This document shows positions 1 through 8,673 of a stretch of DNA of 64,000 nt, one piece after another (the first letter of the stretch is position 1; each line of letters begins with the position of its first letter). This stretch comes from a bacterium (GTDB lineage: Bacteria > Electryoneota > Electryoneia > Electryoneales > Electryoneaceae): NCBI GenBank assembly GCA_963675295.2, contig CAXXKJ010000002.1:4128001-4192000 (forward strand), read 5' to 3'. The notes beneath the pieces were generated by a model that made no database searches, was not told the origin of the DNA, and worked only from the letters and a program-made list of their open reading frames with translations. The position numbers and the translations under genes were made by a program.

Positions 1-31
1 CACGTGCTCTGTCCAGGCGAATGTCAGCCAT
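1..31 (-). CDS. 5' end of the next operon gene (MADIRLDRAR...), truncated by the window; probably the NrfD/HybB/HmcC-type membrane subunit
   Basis: ATG at 31 overlaps the stop of 24..842, with GGAGG upstream. Identity is inferred only from gene order. Confidence 0.4.
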   Translation of the reverse strand, partial: MADIRLDRAR

Positions 32-842
32 TGCTCTTACCCTCCGGGTGGTGGTTCGCGGAATGATCCTGGTTCTGCTGGTTTTTCATCCGGCGCTTGA
101 TGATCCAGTACACACCGGTCATCGTACCGGCCATTCCGGCAAACACCGGCGGCACCGCACCCATCGCGGTTTTAGTGCGTGCGGGCAGAGTCTGATCGCT
201 CAACTTGCTGCCGTAGGACAGGAAGCTGAGGTCGGTGTTCGAGATGTAGAGAACGCTTGTCCCGCCGACTTCATGCTCACCCCAGACATGCTGGATGTAG
301 CGGTCGGGGTATTTCTCGAGCCGCTCGTGCGCGATCTTAAGCAGTTCCTCGCGGGTACCGAAGATCGTCGCCCCGGTTGGGCAGGCTTCGGTGCAGGCCG
401 GTTTTTCGCCGGCTTTCAGGTGATCGTTACAGAGGATGCACTTTCGAACGTAGGGAACGCTCTGATCCCAGTCGTACCGTGGCACGCCGTACGGGCATGC
501 CATCATGCAGTAGCGGCAGCCCATGCACTTGTCGCCGTCATAGACGACCGCGCCGGTTTCCGGATCTTTCTGCAACGCGCCCACCGGGCAGACCGACGCG
601 CAGGCCGGTTCTTCGCAGTGCCGGCATTGCTTTCGGACGAAGGCCGGGTCGCCGTTGGGCAGCTCTTTTTCAATGATCGACGTCCAGTTGCGGGCGGACA
701 GTCCGTCATCCAGCGACCAGCGCCGGGGAACGTCCGCTTCGAGATGGTTGCGCCGTTTGCAGGCGGCCACGCATTCGCGGCAGCCGATGCACTTGGTCGT
801 GTCCGTGAGGATGCCGACGCCGTTTTCAACATGCACGCTCAT
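24..842 (-). CDS. 4Fe-4S dicluster protein, HybA/HmcB/DsrO family, with a C-terminal membrane anchor
   Basis: Motifs CIGCRECVAAC, CRHCEEPACASVCP, CMGCRYCMMACP, CILC...PACTEACP; YIQHVWGEHEVGGTSVLY; hydrophobic C-terminal helix. Confidence 0.88.
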   Translation of the reverse strand: MSVHVENGVGILTDTTKCIGCRECVAACKRRNHLEADVPRRWSLDDGLSARNWTSIIEKELPNGDPAFVRKQCRHCEEPACASVCPVGALQKDPETGAVVYDGDKCMGCRYCMMACPYGVPRYDWDQSVPYVRKCILCNDHLKAGEKPACTEACPTGATIFGTREELLKIAHERLEKYPDRYIQHVWGEHEVGGTSVLYISNTDLSFLSYGSKLSDQTLPARTKTAMGAVPPVFAGMAGTMTGVYWIIKRRMKNQQNQDHSANHHPEGKSNG

Positions 843-1558
843 GCCGGGATCTCCTCTCGCATTTTTTCACGTCCCAGGGTGACCATCACCTTGTCGCCAG
901 CACCCTTCGGGAATTTCCACGCCGCAGCGGCGATGTACCGTCCGAGCGGGAACAGGGCGACGTGGGCGATCTTGGTGAACGGGATCAGGATCAGGATCAG
1001 CACCGCGCTCAGGGCATGCAGCAGCATCATCCACTGGTACACCTTCGCAGCGAGGACGACATTCGTCATGAAGATGCCGGTGATGAACGGCACCAGCAGC
1101 AGGCTGACGAAGAAGTAGTCCGGCCCGCGCGAGATGCGACGGGATGCGTCGTTCAGCGACCGTGCCAGCAGCAGGTAGATTCCGCCGCCGATCGTGGTCA
1201 GTGTCAGGATGTGCGCCAGTGTCTGCGGCATCCAGAAGCCCCACGACAGCCCGGTGTTCTTGTCCCACAGGATGACGTGGGACGAGTAGAACAGCGGCAC
1301 GAGGATCAGGCCGACGTGAAACAGGATCGACACGAGGCTGTACAGCGTGCGATGTTTCGGGATGTGTTTCACTGGCACGAACCAGCTGACAGTGGTGCGG
1401 AACAGATCGCCCCAGGGCACATTCCGCTCACCCGCGCGGCGCAACATCATGTAGATGTCGCTCACCGACAGCAGCAGCACCCGCACCAGCCCGAACAGGC
1501 AGATGGCGAATGCGAGGCGGAACAGCGGCCCAGTCGTAAACTCGATCAGGGCATCCAC
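839..1558 (-). CDS. Di-heme b membrane subunit, NarI/DsrM/HmcE family
   Basis: Several TM helices with four His ligands (FHVGL...SSHV, LLHALS...KIAHV); GTG start with GGAGG RBS. Confidence 0.85.
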   Translation of the reverse strand: MDALIEFTTGPLFRLAFAICLFGLVRVLLLSVSDIYMMLRRAGERNVPWGDLFRTTVSWFVPVKHIPKHRTLYSLVSILFHVGLILVPLFYSSHVILWDKNTGLSWGFWMPQTLAHILTLTTIGGGIYLLLARSLNDASRRISRGPDYFFVSLLLVPFITGIFMTNVVLAAKVYQWMMLLHALSAVLILILIPFTKIAHVALFPLGRYIAAAAWKFPKGAGDKVMVTLGREKMREEIPA

Positions 1559-1583
1559 GTTTTTCCTCCAGATCTATGTTGTG

Positions 1584-1713
1584 CAGTTATCAGTTTTCAG
1601 TTGTCAGTTGTCAGGCTCGTTCTTCAAGTGCCGCTATCATGGATTGCATTGACCGATGCTTTGTTTGCGTGTCTTTGCACTGATAACTGACCACTGAGAA
1701 CTGAGCACTGACG
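1584..1713. repeat. Two inverted arrays of heptamer repeats (CAGTTnT x4, ACTGAnn x5)
   Basis: CAGTTAT CAGTTTT CAGTTGT CAGTTGT at 1584-1611; ACTGATA ACTGACC ACTGAGA ACTGAGC ACTGACG at 1679-1713. Confidence 0.8.
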
Positions 1714-3216
1714 TCACGCCTTGGCTTCCTCGGGCGGCGTGAAATCTTCGTCGCCACCCATCCAGTCGAAGTCGTCTTCTTCCGGCTCACGCCACGCGAC
1801 GCCGTCCGGCGACAGTACCAGCGCCTTGTAGATCAGGTCGTGCAATCCGACCAGCTCCACCGGCATCTCGTTGTCTTCGAGCAGCTCACGGATCTGCTTC
1901 TTGCAGTTCGCGCACGGCGCAATCACAATCTCCGCGCCGGTTTTGTCGATCTGCTCGGCCTTTTTCCGGCCGCCAATGGTGGTGCGCCACGGACGGATCT
2001 CGTCGATCGACACCGTCCCGCCGCCACCGCCACAGCAGTAGTTGTCACGCCGGTTCGGGGTCATTTCAACGAAGTCCGGGATGAACTCCTTGATGATTTC
2101 GCGCGGTTGTTCCAGGATCCAGCCCGGGCGGGCGATGTTGCACGGATCGTGGTAGGTGACCTTCTGGGTGACGATCGTCTTGTCGAAGGTCAGCTTGCCG
2201 GCTTTCATCGCATCGTAAGTGTATTCCATGATGTTGACGACCGGCATGTGGCAGATCTTGCTGAAGTTGTTGAGGAAGAACTTCGCAGACCGGCTCGCAT
2301 GGCCACACTCACCGACGAGGATCTTCGTGCAGCCGAGACGCTGTGCTTCGGCCTCGATGTTGTTGACCAGCTTTTCGAGCACCTGGTCGCTGTAGAACAG
2401 ACCGTAGTTGATCGCGTCGTAGTTCTTCGTACCGATGGTCCATGACCCGTCGGTCGCGTGCATCACGCAGGCGATGCCCATCAACGTTTCCGCTTCCATC
2501 ATGTAGTCGGAGACCGGGGCGACGAACAGGTATTCCGCGCCTTGCTGATCAACCGGGAATTTCACCGGCGCGTTTTTCGTGCCTTCCATTTCCTCTTCCA
2601 TGAACTCGAGGCTGTCGAGCAGCGCGGGCAACGGAATCGCGGAGGTGTTGTGCGTGTCGCCGCTGATCTGTTCCCGTGTCGACACCACCAGCGCACGCGG
2701 AACGATGCCGATTTCCGCCAGGATCCAGCGTCCGAGGTGCGTCACCAGGCCGTGGTCGATGCCCATCGGGCAGGCGTTGACGCAACGACGGCAGGCGGTG
2801 CAATCGTAGTAGGATCCGGCCATCTCTTCGATGATCTCGTCAGTGATGCCGATGTCGCCGGTGATACGCGCGCGGATACGTCCACCGAGTGTGAAGTGCC
2901 GGCGGTAGATATCCAGCAGCATGCTGCTGCGGTAACACGGTACATGCTCCGGCTTTCCGGTCACTTCGTAGATCGGGCAGCTCACCGCGCAGCGTGCGCA
3001 CTTGGCGGTGACGCGCGAAAAATGGTCGAGCGCGAATCCGTAGTTGGTGTGCTTCAGGATCGCGGCCATCGCACGAAGGAATTTCTCCGGACGGTCTTCG
3101 GTTTCAACGCCGTTCTCGACGTGATAGCGGACCGGGAGTTTCTGAGCCTTGACCACCTCGTCCTTCTTCGGGATGGCGTACGCTTTTTCCAATCGTTCCG
3201 GTGTGATGCTGTTCAT
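1714..3216 (-). CDS. Fe-S/CCG-domain oxidoreductase, DsrK/HmcF/TmcB (HdrD-like) family
   Basis: KCARCAVSCP and CTACRRCVNACP ferredoxin motifs; GECGHA; YHDPCNIAR...CCGGGGG...APCANC CCG domain. Confidence 0.88.
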   Translation of the reverse strand: MNSITPERLEKAYAIPKKDEVVKAQKLPVRYHVENGVETEDRPEKFLRAMAAILKHTNYGFALDHFSRVTAKCARCAVSCPIYEVTGKPEHVPCYRSSMLLDIYRRHFTLGGRIRARITGDIGITDEIIEEMAGSYYDCTACRRCVNACPMGIDHGLVTHLGRWILAEIGIVPRALVVSTREQISGDTHNTSAIPLPALLDSLEFMEEEMEGTKNAPVKFPVDQQGAEYLFVAPVSDYMMEAETLMGIACVMHATDGSWTIGTKNYDAINYGLFYSDQVLEKLVNNIEAEAQRLGCTKILVGECGHASRSAKFFLNNFSKICHMPVVNIMEYTYDAMKAGKLTFDKTIVTQKVTYHDPCNIARPGWILEQPREIIKEFIPDFVEMTPNRRDNYCCGGGGGTVSIDEIRPWRTTIGGRKKAEQIDKTGAEIVIAPCANCKKQIRELLEDNEMPVELVGLHDLIYKALVLSPDGVAWREPEEDDFDWMGGDEDFTPPEEAKA

Positions 3217-3232
3217 GGCGTTTCCTGTGGGT

Positions 3233-4042
3233 TCACGGCTGCCGTTGTATGTCGGTCCCGTGTTTCACGGTTGTGTTCAGTTCCGGATGGCCGTTGATGC
3301 GGCCTTTCAGCGGCGGCAGGTGCAGGCCTGCCATGCTCGCCGGTTGAAACGCGGACGGATCGAGCAACTCGATGCCGTACGCGGCGCAATACTTGACAGC
3401 GGCATTCAGCGGCGGATGCACATACAGACGGCAGTTGTAGCCGGTCGAGGTGATGCGATGAAACTCGCCAATCTCCTCGTCCACCCGCCACGCGTGCGCC
3501 CCGCAACAGATCGCTGCACGCACCGGCTTGCCGCAATCCGGGCAGATGCGTTCCGCGACCAGGTCCATCGGCGACAGGTTCGGACCGTCGACCCGGTTGA
3601 CTGTCCAGCCAAGTGATTCCAGCAGGTCGCTGGTCCACGCGACCGCGTCCGCCGCGACCGGGCCGGACATCGGGATGTCGCTGTCTTCGTCCGTCACGCC
3701 ACCCAGCCGTCCCGCGAGATAGCCGAAGAGCACGTCCACCGCAGTGCCGCTGACTCCGTGGATGACGTCGACATCTTCCGCCCGCAACAGCCGGCGTGTC
3801 GCTTTTTTGATCCCATTCGCGAGCACGATGGTCACGCCCAGTTCACGCATCATGCGGATGCGGGCGACCTCATCCTCACCTTCCGGGGCGATTTCACGGC
3901 ACTCGTGAATGCCCTCGGAGGACACATCCCAGATCCGGAACCGTCCCGCCGCTTCGAACAGCGGCGCGACTTCCTCAACGAAACACGGCACGGCGATGCG
4001 TGCGTTTTCCGTGTTGAGTGTCCATGTGAAGGGTGTGTTCAC
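3233..4042 (-). CDS. NifB/NifX-like (FeMo-co-binding fold) domain fused to a Cys-rich C-terminal domain
   Basis: N-terminal RIAVP...VAPLFEAAGRF...LGVTIVLANGI...DVLFGYLAGRL pattern; C-terminal CPDC and CCGAH. Confidence 0.65.
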   Translation of the reverse strand: MNTPFTWTLNTENARIAVPCFVEEVAPLFEAAGRFRIWDVSSEGIHECREIAPEGEDEVARIRMMRELGVTIVLANGIKKATRRLLRAEDVDVIHGVSGTAVDVLFGYLAGRLGGVTDEDSDIPMSGPVAADAVAWTSDLLESLGWTVNRVDGPNLSPMDLVAERICPDCGKPVRAAICCGAHAWRVDEEIGEFHRITSTGYNCRLYVHPPLNAAVKYCAAYGIELLDPSAFQPASMAGLHLPPLKGRINGHPELNTTVKHGTDIQRQP

Positions 4043-4082
4043 GAAAATTCCGAAAGTTGTCTGTTCTCTGTCACACTACACT

Positions 4083-4098
4083 TGCCAACTTTGTGCCA
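4083..4098 (-). promoter_or_regulatory. Sigma54 -24/-12 promoter
   Basis: Minus strand reads TGGCACAAAGTTGGCA (GG-N10-GC), about 40 bp upstream of the 4042 start and next to a sigma54 activator gene. Confidence 0.8.
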
Positions 4099-4162
4099 AA
4101 TGGTGCAAGTACATCTAAATAAAATAGAGTCATAGAGTTAACAGTCGATAGACGCTTGCTGC

Positions 4163-4234
4163 TGTTGCAACTGTTGCAACGATTTCGCCTGATTGGTGTT
4201 GCAAATCGACACAGAAGCAACGGCGACTGTTGCA
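4163..4234. promoter_or_regulatory. Putative upstream activator sequences (TGTTGCA x4)
   Basis: TGTTGCA at 4163, 4172, 4197 and 4228, including the inverted repeat TGTTGCA-N5-TGCAACG; 65-135 bp upstream of the -24 box. Confidence 0.55.
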
Positions 4235-4246
4235 ACGCTGTTTCGT

Positions 4247-5683
4247 TCAGGCATCACGGGCTTCTTCCTCGTCGATCTCATACTTTTTCATCTTCCGCCA
4301 CAACGTCGTGCGATCAATGCCGAGCGCCCTGGCGGCGTGAGTACGATTGCCGTTGCAGGTACGCAAGGCTTCCCGGATCGCCGCTTCTTCGACCAGCGCT
4401 TCGCGAACCGGGGTCGCATGTTCCTGAGCCAGCTGTTGCATCAGGTCGTGCAACGGCTGCGACACGTCTTTGGATTCCGTTTTTGCCTGTGTGGTCGCTG
4501 CATTCGCCACACTCGGTGTCTGAGTCGCCTTTTCCACGGTCTCTTTCAGTTCCACCGGCAGGCATGGAATATCCAGCGTGCGTCCCTTGCAGATCGCGAA
4601 TCCGTACTCTAGAACGTTCTCCAGCTCGCGCACATTACCAGGGAACTCGTGATGCAACAGCGTCTCCATGTACGCCGGGCTGACGCTGAGAATATTCTTC
4701 CCTTTCAACGCGTTGAACCGGCGGATGAAGTGGTCGACCAGCAACGGGATGTCTTCCCGTCGTTCTATCAGTGGCGGCAGCTCAAACCGAATCACAGCCA
4801 GGCGGTAGAACAGGTCTTCCCGGAATTCGCCACGCCGGACCGCTTGCTTCAGGTCACGGTTGGTCGCGGCAACCACACGGATGTTCGCTTTGACCGGTTT
4901 CACCCCGCCGACCGGTTCGTATTCGCGCTGTTGCAGAAGCCGCAACAGCTTCACCTGCGTCGAAGCTGGTAGTTCGCCGATCTCGTCCAGGAACAACGTC
5001 CCACCCTCAGCAGCAGCGACCTTGCCAGCCTTGTCCCGTTTTGCATCGGTGAACGCGCCCTTGACATACCCAAACAGCTCGCTCTCGAACAGTTGCGGCG
5101 GCATGGCGCCACAATTGATCACGACGTACGGCTTGTCCTTGCGTTCAGACAACGAATGCACTGCCTTGGCGAACACTTCCTTGCCAGTTCCTGACGCACC
5201 CTCGATCAGCACCGTGCTTTCTGACATTGCGACGTCGGGCAGGATGTTGATCAATTTCAGGCACTTGGGCGATTTGGTGACGATGTCTTCGTAGCTGTAA
5301 CGCTGGTGCAGTTCCTTGCGCAGGTTCTCGATTGCGGACAGGTCACGGAAGGTTTCCACCGCGCCCAGGACGGAACCATCCTCATCCCGCAACACCGCGG
5401 TCGAGATGGAGATCGGCACGGTCCGGCCCTGCTGGTTGAGGATCCGTACCGGCATGTCAATTGCTTCCTGGCCGGTCTGCATCGTGCGGTCGAGCAGGCA
5501 GCCGCGTTCGCAGATATCGGAATGGAAAACATCGTAACAGCGCCGACCGATCGCGTCCCGTGCCGGGTACCCGGTGATCCGTTCCGCGGCGCTGTTGAAA
5601 CTGGTGATGCGCCGTTGCGAGTCGACGGTGAAAACGCCGTCCGCGACGGAATTCAGAATGATTTTGAACAGATGCTCGCGCAT
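4247..5683 (-). CDS. PAS-domain sigma54-dependent transcriptional activator (PAS-AAA+-Fis HTH)
   Basis: N-terminal PAS; GASGTGKE Walker A; ESELFGYVKGAFTDA; LFLDEIGE; FREDLFYRL; NRTHAARALGIDRTTLWRK. Confidence 0.95.
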   Translation of the reverse strand: MREHLFKIILNSVADGVFTVDSQRRITSFNSAAERITGYPARDAIGRRCYDVFHSDICERGCLLDRTMQTGQEAIDMPVRILNQQGRTVPISISTAVLRDEDGSVLGAVETFRDLSAIENLRKELHQRYSYEDIVTKSPKCLKLINILPDVAMSESTVLIEGASGTGKEVFAKAVHSLSERKDKPYVVINCGAMPPQLFESELFGYVKGAFTDAKRDKAGKVAAAEGGTLFLDEIGELPASTQVKLLRLLQQREYEPVGGVKPVKANIRVVAATNRDLKQAVRRGEFREDLFYRLAVIRFELPPLIERREDIPLLVDHFIRRFNALKGKNILSVSPAYMETLLHHEFPGNVRELENVLEYGFAICKGRTLDIPCLPVELKETVEKATQTPSVANAATTQAKTESKDVSQPLHDLMQQLAQEHATPVREALVEEAAIREALRTCNGNRTHAARALGIDRTTLWRKMKKYEIDEEEARDA

Positions 5684-5931
5684 GGGAAAACCAGCCTTGA
5701 GCTATGAGTTATGAGGCGTGAGCCAAACCCTGGCATACGATATCCAGACGTGTCCCATCCATCATGCCCCAGACATTTATGTCTTGGATTGTTCTGATGG
5801 TTGGTACGAGTTGCAGCCTTATTGCAACCGCTTGTTCAGGTTCAACTTACCGCGTGTCACAGACCAGATCGGGTCGCTTGACAGGATCTACACATGGCGC
5901 GACGCCAACAAAACCTAAATGGCTCGATAGT

Positions 5932-5949
5932 TTGTGATCTGTTTCACGA
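5932..5949. promoter_or_regulatory. Rex/CRP-FNR-like palindrome
   Basis: TTGTGATCTGTTTCACGA, close to TTGTGAA-N4-TTCACAA. Confidence 0.55.
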
Positions 5950-5999
5950 TACCTGTTCTGCAACAGCGAAGTGTTGCATGAACTGTTGCAAGATAAGGA

Positions 6000-6017
6000 T
6001 TGTGAAAGCCTTCACGA
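6000..6017. promoter_or_regulatory. Rex/CRP-FNR-like palindrome
   Basis: TTGTGAAAGCCTTCACGA, one mismatch to the Rex consensus TTGTGAA-N4-TTCACAA. Confidence 0.6.
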
Positions 6018-6208
6018 AAGGGGTTGCCTCCAAATCCCTCCGGTTTGGAGAGACAAACAGGTGCCGGACGAGACCGCAACACAAGAAATAACCAGGCGTA
6101 ACGTCGTGTTAGCCGGGTTCTACAGGATCCAAAACTGGGCTAGTCAGCCCTGCAACATTTCGGATTTCGACACGCGAAATCAGCCTCACGGTCTCCAGTC
6201 GCTACCTG

Positions 6209-7480
6209 TTACAGATTCTGCAACACCTGTCGTGCTGCAGCGATAGTCTTCTCGATCGCGGCGTCATCATGCGCGGCGGAAACAAACCACGACTCGTACC
6301 CGCTCGGCGGCAGGTGGACGCCGTGCTGAAGCATCCCGCCGAAGAACGCGGCGAACTTGTCGTGGTCGCTGGCCTTGGCGTCGTCGAAGTTGCGGACGGG
6401 GCCATCATGGAAGAACAGGGTGAGCATCGAGCCGACGCGTTGCACCACGCCGGTCACGCCCGATTCACGTAACGCGTCCTCAAGCCCGCCCTGTAGCTTC
6501 GCCGACTGGGTTTCGAGGGTGGTGTAGACGTCCTCGGTCAACCCGCGCAGCGTCGCCAGTCCGGCGGTCATCGCCAGAGGGTTGCCGGACAGGGTGCCCG
6601 CCTGGTACACCGGCCCGCTCGGGCTGATCATCTTCATCAGCTCGGCCCGGCCACCGTACGCCCCGACTGGAAGCCCGCCACCGATCACCTTGCCGAAGGT
6701 GGACAGGTCGGGGGTCACGTCGAACAAGGCGGACGCGCAGCCGCGATGGACACGGAAGCCGGTCATCACTTCGTCGAAGATCAGCAACGCGCCGTGTTCG
6801 TCACACAGCGAACGTAATCCGGGCAGGAAGCTGTCGTCAAAGCGGGTCACGCCCATGTTGCCGGGGACCGGTTCAACTATAATCGCGGCGACGTTGCCGC
6901 TGTCCTGCTCGAGGATGGCGCGGACGGAATCGAGATCGTCGAAACGTGCGACACGCGTGTCTTTCGCCGCGCCGGGGGTGACGCCGGGGCTATCGGGCGC
7001 GCCGAAGGTAGCGACGCCGGACCCGGCCTGGATCAGGAAGCTGTCGGCGTGGCCATGGTAGCCGCCGGCGAACTTGATGATCACGTCGCGTTTCGTCGCC
7101 GCACGTGCCAGCCGGATCGCGGACATGGTCGCTTCGGTGCCGGAGTTGACGAACCGGACCATCTCGACGGAGGGTACGCGGTCAACGATTTCCTGCGCCA
7201 GGTCGGCTTCCAGCGGGCTTGGCGCGCCGAAGCTGGTACCCTGCTTGACGGCAGCTTCGAGGGCGGCGGTGACATCGGGCGGTGTGTGGCCGAGGATCAT
7301 CGGTCCCCACGACCCGATGTAGTCGATGTAGCTGTTGCCGTCCACGTCGGTCATGGTGCAACCGGAGGCAGACGCGATGAACGGCGGCGTCCCTCCGACG
7401 GCCTTGAACGCACGGACAGGACTAGACACTCCGCCGGGCATGAGCTCGGCGGCACGGGTAAGCAAGTCTTTGGAAGTCAT
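6209..7480 (-). CDS. hemL: Glutamate-1-semialdehyde 2,1-aminomutase
   Basis: MPGGVSSPVRAF, NSGTEATMSAIRLARA, FDEVMTGFR, FGKVIGGGLPVGAYGG, YQAGTLSGNP. Confidence 0.97.
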   Translation of the reverse strand: MTSKDLLTRAAELMPGGVSSPVRAFKAVGGTPPFIASASGCTMTDVDGNSYIDYIGSWGPMILGHTPPDVTAALEAAVKQGTSFGAPSPLEADLAQEIVDRVPSVEMVRFVNSGTEATMSAIRLARAATKRDVIIKFAGGYHGHADSFLIQAGSGVATFGAPDSPGVTPGAAKDTRVARFDDLDSVRAILEQDSGNVAAIIVEPVPGNMGVTRFDDSFLPGLRSLCDEHGALLIFDEVMTGFRVHRGCASALFDVTPDLSTFGKVIGGGLPVGAYGGRAELMKMISPSGPVYQAGTLSGNPLAMTAGLATLRGLTEDVYTTLETQSAKLQGGLEDALRESGVTGVVQRVGSMLTLFFHDGPVRNFDDAKASDHDKFAAFFGGMLQHGVHLPPSGYESWFVSAAHDDAAIEKTIAAARQVLQNL

Positions 7481-7519
7481 GGGCTATGGGCTATGGGCTA
7501 TGGGCTATGGGCTATGGGC
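7479..7519. repeat. Perfect heptamer tandem repeat (ATGGGCT)x5 plus a partial unit, abutting the hemL start codon
   Basis: Read directly from the sequence. Confidence 0.95.
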
Positions 7520-7698
7520 AAGAAGCTAGCAAGTGGCCGTGTTTGCTTGCAAACGCGGCTCATTTGTCGGTCATACGAAGAGATCCCGCACTTCGTACAG
7601 GATGACTTTTTTACCGTTCGACTCTGTACTACAGTCGACTTGGTACTTCCGTGTTCCCTTGTACTTCAATTCGACTTTCGACTTTGCACTTCCCGACT

Positions 7699-8673
7699 TC
7701 ACTTCAACCCCTCCGCCACTTCGGTCGCGTGGTAGGTGAGGATGAAATCCGCGCCGGCACGTTTGAACGACAGCAGCGTCTCGAGGATGATCCGTTCGCG
7801 GTCAATCCAGCCCTTCTCCGCCGCCGCTTCAATCATCGCGTACTCTCCGCTGACCTGGTAGGCGGCGGTGATGCGGCCGAAGGTTTCCTTGACCTTGGTG
7901 AGCACGTCGAGGTACGCCACGCCTGGCTTGACCATGATCATGTCGGCTCCCTCGATCAGGTCGAGTTCAGCCTCACGCATGGCTTCGAGCACATTCGCCG
8001 GATCCATCTGATAGCCACGCCGGTCGCCGAACTGCGGTGCGGACCCGGCGGCGTCACGGAACGGTCCGTAGTAGGCCGACGCATACTTGACGGCGTACGA
8101 GAGAATCGCAATGTCGTCGTAGCCGGCGTCGTCGAGGGCTTCACGGATCGCGCCGACACGTCCATCCATCATGTCGGACGGCGCGACGATATCCGCTCCC
8201 GCCTCGGCGTGGCTGACAGCGGTCCGGCCGAGCAGCTCGAGGGTCGGGTCGTTGTCGACGGTTTCGCCGTGCAGGATGCCGCAGTGGCCATGGTCGGTAT
8301 ATTCGCAAAGGCAGACGTCGGTCATCACCAGCAGGTCGGGCACGGCTTTCTTGATCAGCCGGGTCGCTTCCTGAACCTCGCCGTGTTCCGCCCACGCACT
8401 CGAGCCGGACGCGTCCTTGTGCTCCGGAATCCCGAACAGGATGATCGCGGGGACTCCGGCTTCATGGATGCGCACCGCTTCCTTCGCCGCTTCATCGGCG
8501 GAGAGGTGGTACTGCCCCTTCAGGCTGGAAATCTCGGTACGCACGCCGTTGCCGGGAACGACAAACAGCGGTTGTACGAGATCATCAGCGGAGAGTCTGG
8601 TTTCGCGCACGAGACGGCGCATGGTATCGCCGCGACGCAGGCGGCGGGGTCGTTCAATGGGAAAGCTCATCAT
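7699..8673 (-). CDS. hemB: Porphobilinogen synthase (Zn type)
   Basis: [49 protein letters not shown]. Confidence 0.97.
   Translation of the reverse strand: MMSFPIERPRRLRRGDTMRRLVRETRLSADDLVQPLFVVPGNGVRTEISSLKGQYHLSADEAAKEAVRIHEAGVPAIILFGIPEHKDASGSSAWAEHGEVQEATRLIKKAVPDLLVMTDVCLCEYTDHGHCGILHGETVDNDPTLELLGRTAVSHAEAGADIVAPSDMMDGRVGAIREALDDAGYDDIAILSYAVKYASAYYGPFRDAAGSAPQFGDRRGYQMDPANVLEAMREAELDLIEGADMIMVKPGVAYLDVLTKVKETFGRITAAYQVSGEYAMIEAAAEKGWIDRERIILETLLSFKRAGADFILTYHATEVAEGLK

Noticed and set aside
3233-4042. Nitrogen fixation gene
   Set aside because: NifX-like domains are widespread outside diazotrophs, and no nifHDK is in the window.
5718-6246. Small + strand ORFs between the activator and hemL
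   Set aside because: No motifs or clear RBS; the region is better explained as regulatory DNA.
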